A program made the translations under genes and the position numbers. A stretch of 35,314 nucleotides of DNA from a virus: positions 1-35,314 of the IMG/VR virus record IMGVR_UViG_3300043579_000184. One strand, written 5' to 3'. Positions 1 to 6,868 of the stretch are shown in pieces; position 1 is the first letter of the stretch, and every line of letters starts with the position of its first letter. Below the pieces are notes generated by a model that worked only from the letters and a program-made list of their open reading frames with translations, made no database searches and had not been told where the DNA came from.

Positions 1-1
1 C

Positions 2-1279
2 GCCGCCCGCTACGCCGACCTGCAGCACTGTCACGTGCTCATCACGACCTACGCTATGCTGGCCAAGGACGAAGCCCACATTCTCCCGCCCCTGAAGGAC
101 TTCGCGGTCGTGTACGACGAGGTCCATCACGTGGACAACCGGAAGCAGCAGACGCTCTTCCCGGCCTGCCAGCGCGTGGCGTCCAAGGCCAAGGTCGCAT
201 GGGGCCTCAGCGCCACCCCGATGGACAACGGCAAGCTGGACGAGCTGTACAGCCTGTTCGAGCTGCTGCGCCCCGGCACGCTGGGCGACTACCCGAGCTT
301 CCGCAAGACCTACTTCGTCCTCAAGCTCGTGAAGCCGATGTGGAAGGACAAGAAGACCGGCGCGCGGGCCCGCCCCTTCTACGAGGTGCTGGGCACCCAG
401 AACCTGCCGCATCTGGCGGCCCGCATCGACAAGTTCTACCTGCGCCGCCCGGCCGAGCGCATCCGGCCGGGCTTGCCGCCGGTCACGTTCACCACGGACT
501 CTATCGAGCTGGGCCCCCGCCAGCGCCATGTCTACGACGAGATCGTGGACGGCCACTGGCCGGATGCCAAGACCAAGATCGACCAGCTCGCGGCCATGGT
601 CCGGGCCCAGCAGGCGGCGGATGCCCCGGAGATCCTCGGCTTCGATGTGGGCAACGCGAAGCTCGACCGGCTGGTCGAGCGCCTGCAGACCGACCTGCTG
701 GGGACCAAAGTACTGGTCTACTCGAAGTTCCTCGAAGTCGTCCGGGTCATCGAGCGGCGGCTGCTGAAGGAGAAGATCCTCTACGCGCGCATCACCGGCG
801 AGGATTCCGTCAGGGCCCGGGACACGGCCCGCGAGCGCTTCACACTGGAGCGGCCCACCCCACCCTCCCCCACCGTTCGCCACCGCGTGGTGACGCCGGA
901 GGCGTCAGGTGACGCCGGGTTCATCGCCGACGCGGCGCGCACCAGTTCGCAAGCGGTGAACGTGCTCTGCATCACCGACGCGGGCGGCGAGTCGCTCGAC
1001 CTGCAGGCGGCGCAGACGGTCATTCTGTTCGACCTGCCATGGGAGCACGGCAAGTTCGAGCAGATCGTCGGCCGCGCCCGCCGCATCGGCTCTCAGCACG
1101 CCAACATTCTGGTTCTCCTGCTGGCCGCCGAGGGCACGCTCGATGAGCAGATCGTCCACGTGCTGCGGGCCAAAGAGCGGATCATCCGGCAGGCGGTCCC
1201 GCAGGGCAAGGAGACGGTCGGGCTGGCGGAGCAGCTCCAGCGCGCCGACGAGGACGTGCTGCTGGAGGCGCTGTTTTGA
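2..1279 (+). CDS. SNF2/SWI2-family helicase (5' truncated by window edge)
   Basis: DEVH Walker B, LSATP motif III, NKLDELYSL-like segment, HELICc region (SLDLQAAQTVILFDLPW) and motif VI QIVGRARRIG; frame is open back to position 2. Confidence 0.9.
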   Translation, partial: AARYADLQHCHVLITTYAMLAKDEAHILPPLKDFAVVYDEVHHVDNRKQQTLFPACQRVASKAKVAWGLSATPMDNGKLDELYSLFELLRPGTLGDYPSFRKTYFVLKLVKPMWKDKKTGARARPFYEVLGTQNLPHLAARIDKFYLRRPAERIRPGLPPVTFTTDSIELGPRQRHVYDEIVDGHWPDAKTKIDQLAAMVRAQQAADAPEILGFDVGNAKLDRLVERLQTDLLGTKVLVYSKFLEVVRVIERRLLKEKILYARITGEDSVRARDTARERFTLERPTPPSPTVRHRVVTPEASGDAGFIADAARTSSQAVNVLCITDAGGESLDLQAAQTVILFDLPWEHGKFEQIVGRARRIGSQHANILVLLLAAEGTLDEQIVHVLRAKERIIRQAVPQGKETVGLAEQLQRADEDVLLEALF

Positions 1280-1584
1280 CCGTCGAGGAGTGGCGGGCTG
1301 AAGGGACGCGCCGTTTCGGGCCGGACATGGAGCACTGGCGGTTCGTGTGTCCGTGCTGCCACTACGTCCAGTCCGTTGCGGAGTGCCGCGCGGCGGGCAT
1401 GGCCAACGCCATCGGGTTCTCGTGTATCGGGCGCTGGACGGGGGCGAAGCGCGAGGCGCTCGGCGGGACCGGGCTGGGCCCGTGCAACTACGCGGGCGGC
1501 GGGCTCTTCCGGCTCAACCCGACCCGCGTCCTCGACGCGGACGGGCACGAATACGAGATGTTCGACTTTGCGTCGGGTGGGTAA
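1276..1584 (+). CDS. Cys-rich conserved phage protein (VVA0879-like)
   Basis: WRFVCPCC...GFSCIGRW...CNYAGGGLFRLNP...FDFA pattern; 4-nt overlap with the helicase stop. Confidence 0.7.
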   Translation: MTVEEWRAEGTRRFGPDMEHWRFVCPCCHYVQSVAECRAAGMANAIGFSCIGRWTGAKREALGGTGLGPCNYAGGGLFRLNPTRVLDADGHEYEMFDFASGG

Positions 1585-1624
1585 GCTCGCTGGTACGCGA
1601 GCTTAACATGGCTGTCAAGGGGGG
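1579..1624 (+). repeat. Intergenic hairpin/pseudoknot element, copy 1
   Basis: Stem TAAGCTCGC/GCGAGCTTA followed by ACATGGCTGTCAAGGGGGG; near-identical to 11442-11485. Confidence 0.7.
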
Positions 1625-1628
1625 CACA

Positions 1629-1835
1629 ATGGCGAGCTGTATGGATTGCCGGATGCCGTATCACCAGCACGGCTTAGACATCACCCTGTCGGACGCGCAG
1701 TGGCGGTTGATCCACGTCTCCAGCGGCGGGCTGCTCTGCGGCCGCTGTCTCGCCCGGCGTGCGGCGCTGCTGCCGGGCGCGGTGGCCATCCGGGCGGTGA
1801 TTGAGTTCGCGCCGTCGAAGGTGGAGCCGTGCTGA
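1629..1835 (+). CDS. Small CxxC...CxxC zinc-binding protein
   Basis: ATG after AAGGGGGG; CMDC...CGRC; 68 aa. Confidence 0.65.
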   Translation: MASCMDCRMPYHQHGLDITLSDAQWRLIHVSSGGLLCGRCLARRAALLPGAVAIRAVIEFAPSKVEPC

Positions 1836-2074
1836 CCGTCCAAGACATGGACAACCTGCGGCACATGATCGGGGTGTCTACGCAGTGCCCGCGCGGCTAC
1901 CGCAACCACTTCGTGGCGGGCGGCGACGACGTAGCCAGCATGGAGCGGCTGCGGGAGGCCGGGCTCGTGGTGAAGAACGAGCGCATTCACCCCCAGCTCA
2001 CCGGCGGCGACCCGTGCTACCACGCCACGGAGCTGGGCGCGCGGTTCCTCGGGTTGGCCCGACTGCCGCGCTAG
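1829..2074 (+). CDS. Hypothetical phage protein (YRNHF motif, winged-helix-like)
   Basis: GYRNHFVAG...LREAGLV...YHATELG pattern; GGAG SD; overlaps previous gene. Confidence 0.7.
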   Translation: MLTVQDMDNLRHMIGVSTQCPRGYRNHFVAGGDDVASMERLREAGLVVKNERIHPQLTGGDPCYHATELGARFLGLARLPR

Positions 2075-2166
2075 ACTGCATAGTTCTATGCAACGGAGCG
2101 AAAAAATCCGGGGTTTGCATCCAGAAACCCCGTATACACCGCATAACTATACAAAAGGAGTGTGAC

Positions 2167-2379
2167 ATGGAGCTGGAACGCCTGAAAGACGCCCGCAGCG
2201 AGCCCATCTGTAAGGTCTGCGGGCAGACGGAGCCGCAGCATCAGACCGTCGCCGGGACCGCGCTGCACCCGTTCGAGGCGGAGGAACCGGTCGCCCGCAG
2301 GGACGGGCCGAAGGAGCCGGAGAAGCCGGAAGAGCCCCCGCCCGCAGGGGATGTTGACAAGGCGGGCGGTATCAACTAG
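2167..2379 (+). CDS. Small hypothetical protein (CKVC, acidic/Pro-rich tail)
   Basis: AAAGGAG SD before ATG 2167. Confidence 0.6.
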   Translation: MELERLKDARSEPICKVCGQTEPQHQTVAGTALHPFEAEEPVARRDGPKEPEKPEEPPPAGDVDKAGGIN

Positions 2380-2382
2380 CGT
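2354..2382 (+). promoter_or_regulatory. sigma70-type promoter for the noncoding unit
   Basis: TTGACA (2354-2359), 17 bp spacer, TAGCGT (2377-2382). Confidence 0.55.
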
Positions 2383-2386
2383 CAGG

Positions 2387-2624
2387 GAGTCGCGACCTGC
2401 GGGGCCGCCCTCTGCACGGGTACACCTAGCGTCCATGCCGTCTGAGGCGATGAGCCTACAGTCCCGACTCATCAATAAAAACAGAAACAGCTAAGCCCAG
2501 AGCAGAAACAGATAAGAGCAGAGCAGACAAGGCGAAGTGAAGTGCAGCGAAGCGAAACGTAACGAAGCCGAATAGAAACAGAAAATGAAACAAACAGGGG
2601 GTGTGTCTCACCCCCTGTTCTTTT
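2387..2624 (+). ncRNA. Putative noncoding RNA (5' long hairpin, purine-rich pentamer tract, terminator)
   Basis: Bounded by a promoter and an intrinsic terminator; GAGTCG...CGACTC closes an irregular stem; A/G-rich tract 2474-2595; no substantial ORF. Confidence 0.45.
2593..2624 (+). terminator. Rho-independent terminator (possibly bidirectional)
   Basis: AACAGGGGGTG-tgtct-CACCCCCTGTT 11-bp perfect stem then CTTTT; A-rich upstream. Confidence 0.8.
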
Positions 2625-2634
2625 GATCCCTCAA

Positions 2635-2674
2635 GATCCCTATAGGGTACGTACAGACCCTATAGGATCTGTAC
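2635..2674. repeat. Two tandem CCTATAGG palindromes 20 bp apart
   Basis: CCCTATAGGG (2638-2647) and a near-perfect 24-bp palindrome GTACAGACCCTATAGGATCTGTAC (2651-2674). Confidence 0.7.
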
Positions 2675-2708
2675 AGTACCGGACCCACCGCTGAGCTGGC
2701 CCACCCCC

Positions 2709-2739
2709 GCCCCTGTAGGGAATTTCAGCCTACAGGGGC
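2709..2739 (-). terminator. Hairpin downstream of the minus-strand gene
   Basis: GCCCCTGTAGG/CCTACAGGGGC 11-bp perfect stem; no clear U-tract. Confidence 0.5.
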
Positions 2740-2781
2740 CCTGCCCGAAAGACTTCCGGCAACAGCCGAGCTACCACCGGC

Positions 2782-3276
2782 TCAGCCAGCGACCGAGACC
2801 CGGCTGGTTCCGCCCTTGGGCTCGCCGCCGCCCTTGGGTTCGCCGCGTCCGGGGATGGAGTCGCGCTCGCGCTTGGCGGGCTCGCGCCCGGCCTTGAGGT
2901 TCTCCACCGTCTCGGCCTGCTTGGCCGCGATGGGCGCAAGAATCGGCTCCGGGGGTCCGCTTTTCGGATGGCCGTTCTCGTCGAGCCCGGCCTCCGTCCG
3001 GCGCAGCGCCTGCGCCGCCTCTTCCGCCTTCGCGGTCACTTCCGCCTGCTGGGCGAGCTGCTCTTCGGCCAGCTTGTTGATGGCGCTGGGGTCGCCTTCC
3101 TCCTCCGGCAGGACCGGGATGTTCTGCACGTTGGCAACCGGCTCGCCGGTGACGCGGGCGTACATCTCGGTGGCCTTCCGCAGGCTCTCGTGGTCGCTCT
3201 TCTTCAACCCCTTGAAGCCCTCGCCCTCGGGCTTCCGGCGCTCGCCGGTCGTTTCGTTCCGCTTCTCGTCAGCCAT
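2782..3276 (-). CDS. Hypothetical charged, probably disordered/coiled-coil protein (164 aa)
   Basis: GGAGG SD upstream of ATG (MADEKRNETT...); E/K/A-rich; the only convincing minus-strand gene. Confidence 0.75.
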   Translation of the reverse strand: MADEKRNETTGERRKPEGEGFKGLKKSDHESLRKATEMYARVTGEPVANVQNIPVLPEEEGDPSAINKLAEEQLAQQAEVTAKAEEAAQALRRTEAGLDENGHPKSGPPEPILAPIAAKQAETVENLKAGREPAKRERDSIPGRGEPKGGGEPKGGTSRVSVAG

Positions 3277-3321
3277 GTGCGTGCCTCCATGGGGCTCGGC
3301 TGCACGAATCGTGCGCGCCCC

Positions 3322-3329
3322 TGTATAAC
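3322..3329 (+). promoter_or_regulatory. TGTATAAC motif (second promoter class candidate), copy 1
   Basis: Same 8-mer precedes starts at 3361, 17985, 21130 and 34816. Confidence 0.5.
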
Positions 3330-3360
3330 CAGCCAGCACAAACAAATCGGAGGCGAACCG

Positions 3361-4035
3361 ATGGACACCCCGGTGATCGGCGTGAAACGGAACCCGAACG
3401 GCACCTGTGCGGAATGCACCCATGGCACGAAGCGGCGCGACGACGGCACCCTTGTGCAGTGCGGCTGCAGGCTGGAGGGACTGAGTGAGCGCGTGCCGCC
3501 CATTCTGCGCCACGGCGAAGTGATGCTGGCGGAGGGCTGGCGAGACATGGAGGTCTGGCCACTGACCAGTCGGACCCAGATCGGTGGCGACTATGACCAG
3601 TGGCGGCATCAGGTCTGGCGATCCTTGATGCACTACGTCGGACAGCAGCCGTCGTGGTTCGCCGGGGTGGCGGCCATGGAGGCCGGGCGCATCGCGGAGA
3701 TTCACTTCACCCGTGACACCGGTGAGTACCGCAGCTACCGCGACCTGATCCATCCGAAGCTGCTGATCCTGATCTGCGGCCGCTACGACCTGTCGAACGC
3801 GTACTCGGTGGACCTGACACGGGTCGTGCTCGGCCTGCGTGCGGACCACGGCGTGCCGTCATGGGTGTACACCACGCACAAGTCCCATCTGGGCCGGACC
3901 ATGGAGGAAGTCATCCGGGACGCGCCGCGCATCGATCTGGTCACGGGGGCCGCGCCGCCGACCCGCCACTCGCGCCGGGAAGGTGAGGCCGCACCGGTCA
4001 AGCCGCGCCGGTCGCGGCCGTGGAACGACGACTGA
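3361..4035 (+). CDS. DnaC/IstB-like helicase loader, apparently ATPase-degenerate
   Basis: N-terminal CAEC...CGC zinc motif; C-terminal PKLLILICG...LGLR...VPSWVYT resembles the DnaC/IstB Walker B/sensor region; translationally coupled to the DnaB-like gene; GGAGG SD. Confidence 0.55.
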   Translation: MDTPVIGVKRNPNGTCAECTHGTKRRDDGTLVQCGCRLEGLSERVPPILRHGEVMLAEGWRDMEVWPLTSRTQIGGDYDQWRHQVWRSLMHYVGQQPSWFAGVAAMEAGRIAEIHFTRDTGEYRSYRDLIHPKLLILICGRYDLSNAYSVDLTRVVLGLRADHGVPSWVYTTHKSHLGRTMEEVIRDAPRIDLVTGAAPPTRHSRREGEAAPVKPRRSRPWNDD

Positions 4036-5471
4036 TGGCCGACCCGCATCTGCTCGACCCGATCCTGCTCCGGGGCGTCATCGACTGTAGCGGCGACCCG
4101 CAGCCCGCGCTGCTGCAGAACCTGATGGCGCTGCGCGCCGAGGTGCGTCCGGAAGGGCTCGACCTGCACCTGCTCACGTTTCTGGGCGGGCTCGCCGACC
4201 AGACCGGCGTGGTCCCGTCGCTGGCGCTGCTGAGTCAGCACTACACCCACCTGCAGATGCAGGGCGACCCGCATGGGTTCAGCGGGCTGACCCGCATCAT
4301 GGAGGCGGTGAGCGAGCCGCTGCTCCAGCCGGTGGATTATCAGTACGCGCTCACCACCTACCGCGAGCGCGTCTTAGGCGACGGGCTCGGCATGGTGCTG
4401 CAGGCGGCGGCGACGATTCTCACCACGGGGCATCATATCCAGCCGCCGAAAGGGCCGCCGATCACCCTCAAGGGGCCGCAGCAGGCCATCCAGTTCGTCA
4501 CCGACAGCGTCGAGACCCTGTCGGCCCGGTTTCAGGGCGGAGCCGTCGAGGGGAACCTCCGGGACGAGATCGGCCGGGTGTGGGAGCGCTACCAGCAGCG
4601 GCTGACGCAGCCGCCCAAGCTGGTGCGGACCGGCTTCGAGCAGATCGACACCGTGCACGGCGGCATCCGCCCGGGCGACCTCGCGCTGGTGCTGGGCTTC
4701 ACCGGCCAGTACAAGAGCCTCGTGGTGCTCAACATCGGCTACCGCGCGCTCCTCGCCGGGAAGTCGGTCGCGTTTGTGCCGCTCGAAGGCAGCGCCATCG
4801 GCATCATGGATAGTCTCGCCGTGCTGCACTGCCAGCACCCGAAGTTCGGCGACCACCTGCTCCGCATCAGCTACGACCGGCTGCAGCAGGGCACGCTGAC
4901 CCCGGCCGAACTGGACCTGCTCCAGACCGCGCTCGCGGATCTGCGCGCCTGCGGGGACTACGGGACGCTCCTGTATAAGGAACCAGACCGGGCCGACATC
5001 ACCATGGGCGAGATTCGCCGCTGGGCGGAAGGCAAGGCGCGGACGGTGCCGCTCGACCTGCTGGCCATCGACTACCTCGGGCTGGTGAACCCGTCGAGCG
5101 GCGGGCTCTCCATGCGCGAGTCGGCGTTTGCCAATCAGGCGATTCGGGAGGCCAAACAGACCGCGATGAGCTTCAACCGGGGCCACGGCATCGGCATCAT
5201 CAGCCCGTTCCAGTCCAACCGCGACGGCTTCAAGGAGGCCGAGAAGGTGGGCGGCCGCTACTCGCTGCGCGCCTTGGCATGGGCCCCGGAAGCGGAGCGC
5301 TCGTCGGATCTGGTCTACTCGGTCTACCGCGACGAGAGCATGGCGCGCGACGACGCCGCCGTGCTCGGCAACCTCAAGGCCCGCGACCGCGCGCTCATCC
5401 TCGACACGTGGCGGGTCACCGCCGAACCCGCCACCCGCTACATCGGCGATCTCAAACAACGCACGTTCTGA
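4035..5471 (+). CDS. dnaB: DnaB-like (SF4) replicative helicase
   Basis: TGFEQID..GGIRPGDL..VLGFTGQYKS (H1), PLEGS (H1a), AIDYLGL (H2), QSNR (H3), ERSSDLV (H4), KAR. Confidence 0.9.
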   Translation: MADPHLLDPILLRGVIDCSGDPQPALLQNLMALRAEVRPEGLDLHLLTFLGGLADQTGVVPSLALLSQHYTHLQMQGDPHGFSGLTRIMEAVSEPLLQPVDYQYALTTYRERVLGDGLGMVLQAAATILTTGHHIQPPKGPPITLKGPQQAIQFVTDSVETLSARFQGGAVEGNLRDEIGRVWERYQQRLTQPPKLVRTGFEQIDTVHGGIRPGDLALVLGFTGQYKSLVVLNIGYRALLAGKSVAFVPLEGSAIGIMDSLAVLHCQHPKFGDHLLRISYDRLQQGTLTPAELDLLQTALADLRACGDYGTLLYKEPDRADITMGEIRRWAEGKARTVPLDLLAIDYLGLVNPSSGGLSMRESAFANQAIREAKQTAMSFNRGHGIGIISPFQSNRDGFKEAEKVGGRYSLRALAWAPEAERSSDLVYSVYRDESMARDDAAVLGNLKARDRALILDTWRVTAEPATRYIGDLKQRTF

Positions 5472-5496
5472 CACCCACTCACAAGGAGCCCCACCC

Positions 5497-5775
5497 ATGG
5501 CCTCACGGAAAGACAAACGCTTTCGCGGCGAACTGGTCCCCCTGCGCGACCCCGACACGTCCACCCCCGGCCCCATCCGCGCCGACATCAAGGCGATGGT
5601 CCAGCAGGCGCGGGCCTCGTTCAAGGAAGACATCATCAAGGTCTTGACCGAGACCGGCACGCACGCCGAGGAGCTGGAGCGGGCCATTGGCGATCTGTCG
5701 CAGGCCGAGGCGCTCAGCGCGGTCAAGCAGTTCTTCGTGACCGAGCTGGACCGGCAGCTCGCCAAGTACAGCTAG
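5497..5775 (+). CDS. Hypothetical protein
   Basis: AAGGAG SD; phage-typical codon usage. Confidence 0.75.
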   Translation: MASRKDKRFRGELVPLRDPDTSTPGPIRADIKAMVQQARASFKEDIIKVLTETGTHAEELERAIGDLSQAEALSAVKQFFVTELDRQLAKYS

Positions 5776-5777
5776 CC

Positions 5778-6320
5778 ATGGTGCCCCCGCATCCGCTGGT
5801 CAGCAATCAGCTCCCGCTGCGCGTGCGCGCCATCCATGCGGGCGTAGACATCTTCAGCGTCTTCGAGCGCATGGGCGTCCGGGTCGAGCGGCCCGAGACC
5901 CAGCAGATGAAGTGCCCGTTCCACCGGGACCATAGCCCGAGCGCGCGGGTGTATGCCGAGCAGAACGTCCTGTACTGCTTCACCTGCCAGAAGCGCTGGG
6001 ACGTGATCCAGTGCGTCTGCGATCACTTCCACTTGAGCTTCACGGATGCGGTGAGCTGGCTGGAGCAGGAGTTCGGGCTGGGCGGGGTCAGCCCGAGCCT
6101 CACCGGCTCCATCCGGATGACCCTGAGTGCCGCCCCCACGCCGCCGGTCGCGGCCCTCACCCAGACCATGGAGCAGCGCCTCAAGGCGCAGCGGCAGGCC
6201 CTCGGGTTCGAGCGCTACAGCCGGGCCCTGCTGGCGCTGGACCTGTTCGCGCATGACGCCCCGACCCTCAAGCGGCCGGAGCTGCAACGTCGGCTGGACG
6301 CGCTCAGCCGGGTGCGCTGA
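5778..6320 (+). CDS. CHC2 zinc-finger protein (primase zinc-binding domain without TOPRIM)
   Basis: CPFHRDHSPSARVY....YCFTC...DVI...LSFTDAVSWL; 180 aa, too short for a TOPRIM domain. Confidence 0.85.
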   Translation: MVPPHPLVSNQLPLRVRAIHAGVDIFSVFERMGVRVERPETQQMKCPFHRDHSPSARVYAEQNVLYCFTCQKRWDVIQCVCDHFHLSFTDAVSWLEQEFGLGGVSPSLTGSIRMTLSAAPTPPVAALTQTMEQRLKAQRQALGFERYSRALLALDLFAHDAPTLKRPELQRRLDALSRVR

Positions 6321-6868
6321 TGCCTGCGACCCAGTCGGCCACCGTCGAGACCCTGACGGCGGAGGTGCGGGTGCTGATGGTCGGCTCGCGGCAGATCACC
6401 CTGTCGGTCGCCCGGCAGCTCGACTGGGTCGAGCTGGAGGACATGGAGCCGTTCGGCCGCGTCCGGCTGGACGCCGACCCGACCGTCATTGGCCGGGACC
6501 GGGAGACCGGCGCGCTGGTCCTCGCCACCTACCGGCTCCCCCACGAGCCGGTGTTTCTGGACTCGGACGATCTCGAACAGTCGATCACGGTGTGCGCGAC
6601 CCACCGGCTGGCGAACGACCGGGCCCCGCTGGCGATCACGTTCGAGGGCACGCGCGTGCAGGTCTCCGCGCTGATGGTGACGCTCTGCGGGGTGGCGGGG
6701 CACTTCTGGCACCAGACCCCCAGCGGTGTCCCCGCGTGTCTGCCGCCGATCCTGCTGCATGGGCAGGAGCGGTCTGTCCGTCGGGCCGTGGCGGCGGAGG
6801 CCGAGCGCATCCGCCTGCGGCGGTCCATGGACGACCTGCCGCTCATCGTGCTGGCGGGGCTGCGCTGA
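6320..6868 (+). CDS. Hypothetical protein
   Basis: TGATG coupling at both ends. Confidence 0.75.
   Translation: MPATQSATVETLTAEVRVLMVGSRQITLSVARQLDWVELEDMEPFGRVRLDADPTVIGRDRETGALVLATYRLPHEPVFLDSDDLEQSITVCATHRLANDRAPLAITFEGTRVQVSALMVTLCGVAGHFWHQTPSGVPACLPPILLHGQERSVRRAVAAEAERIRLRRSMDDLPLIVLAGLR

Noticed and set aside
2635-2674. Protelomerase (tel) site
   Set aside because: The palindrome is short and imperfect relative to known tel sites, and no protelomerase gene is visible
6127-6867. 972-aa N-terminally extended polymerase from the ORF track
   Set aside because: The extension is low-complexity shadow sequence overlapping two real genes; the true start is the coupled ATG at 6868
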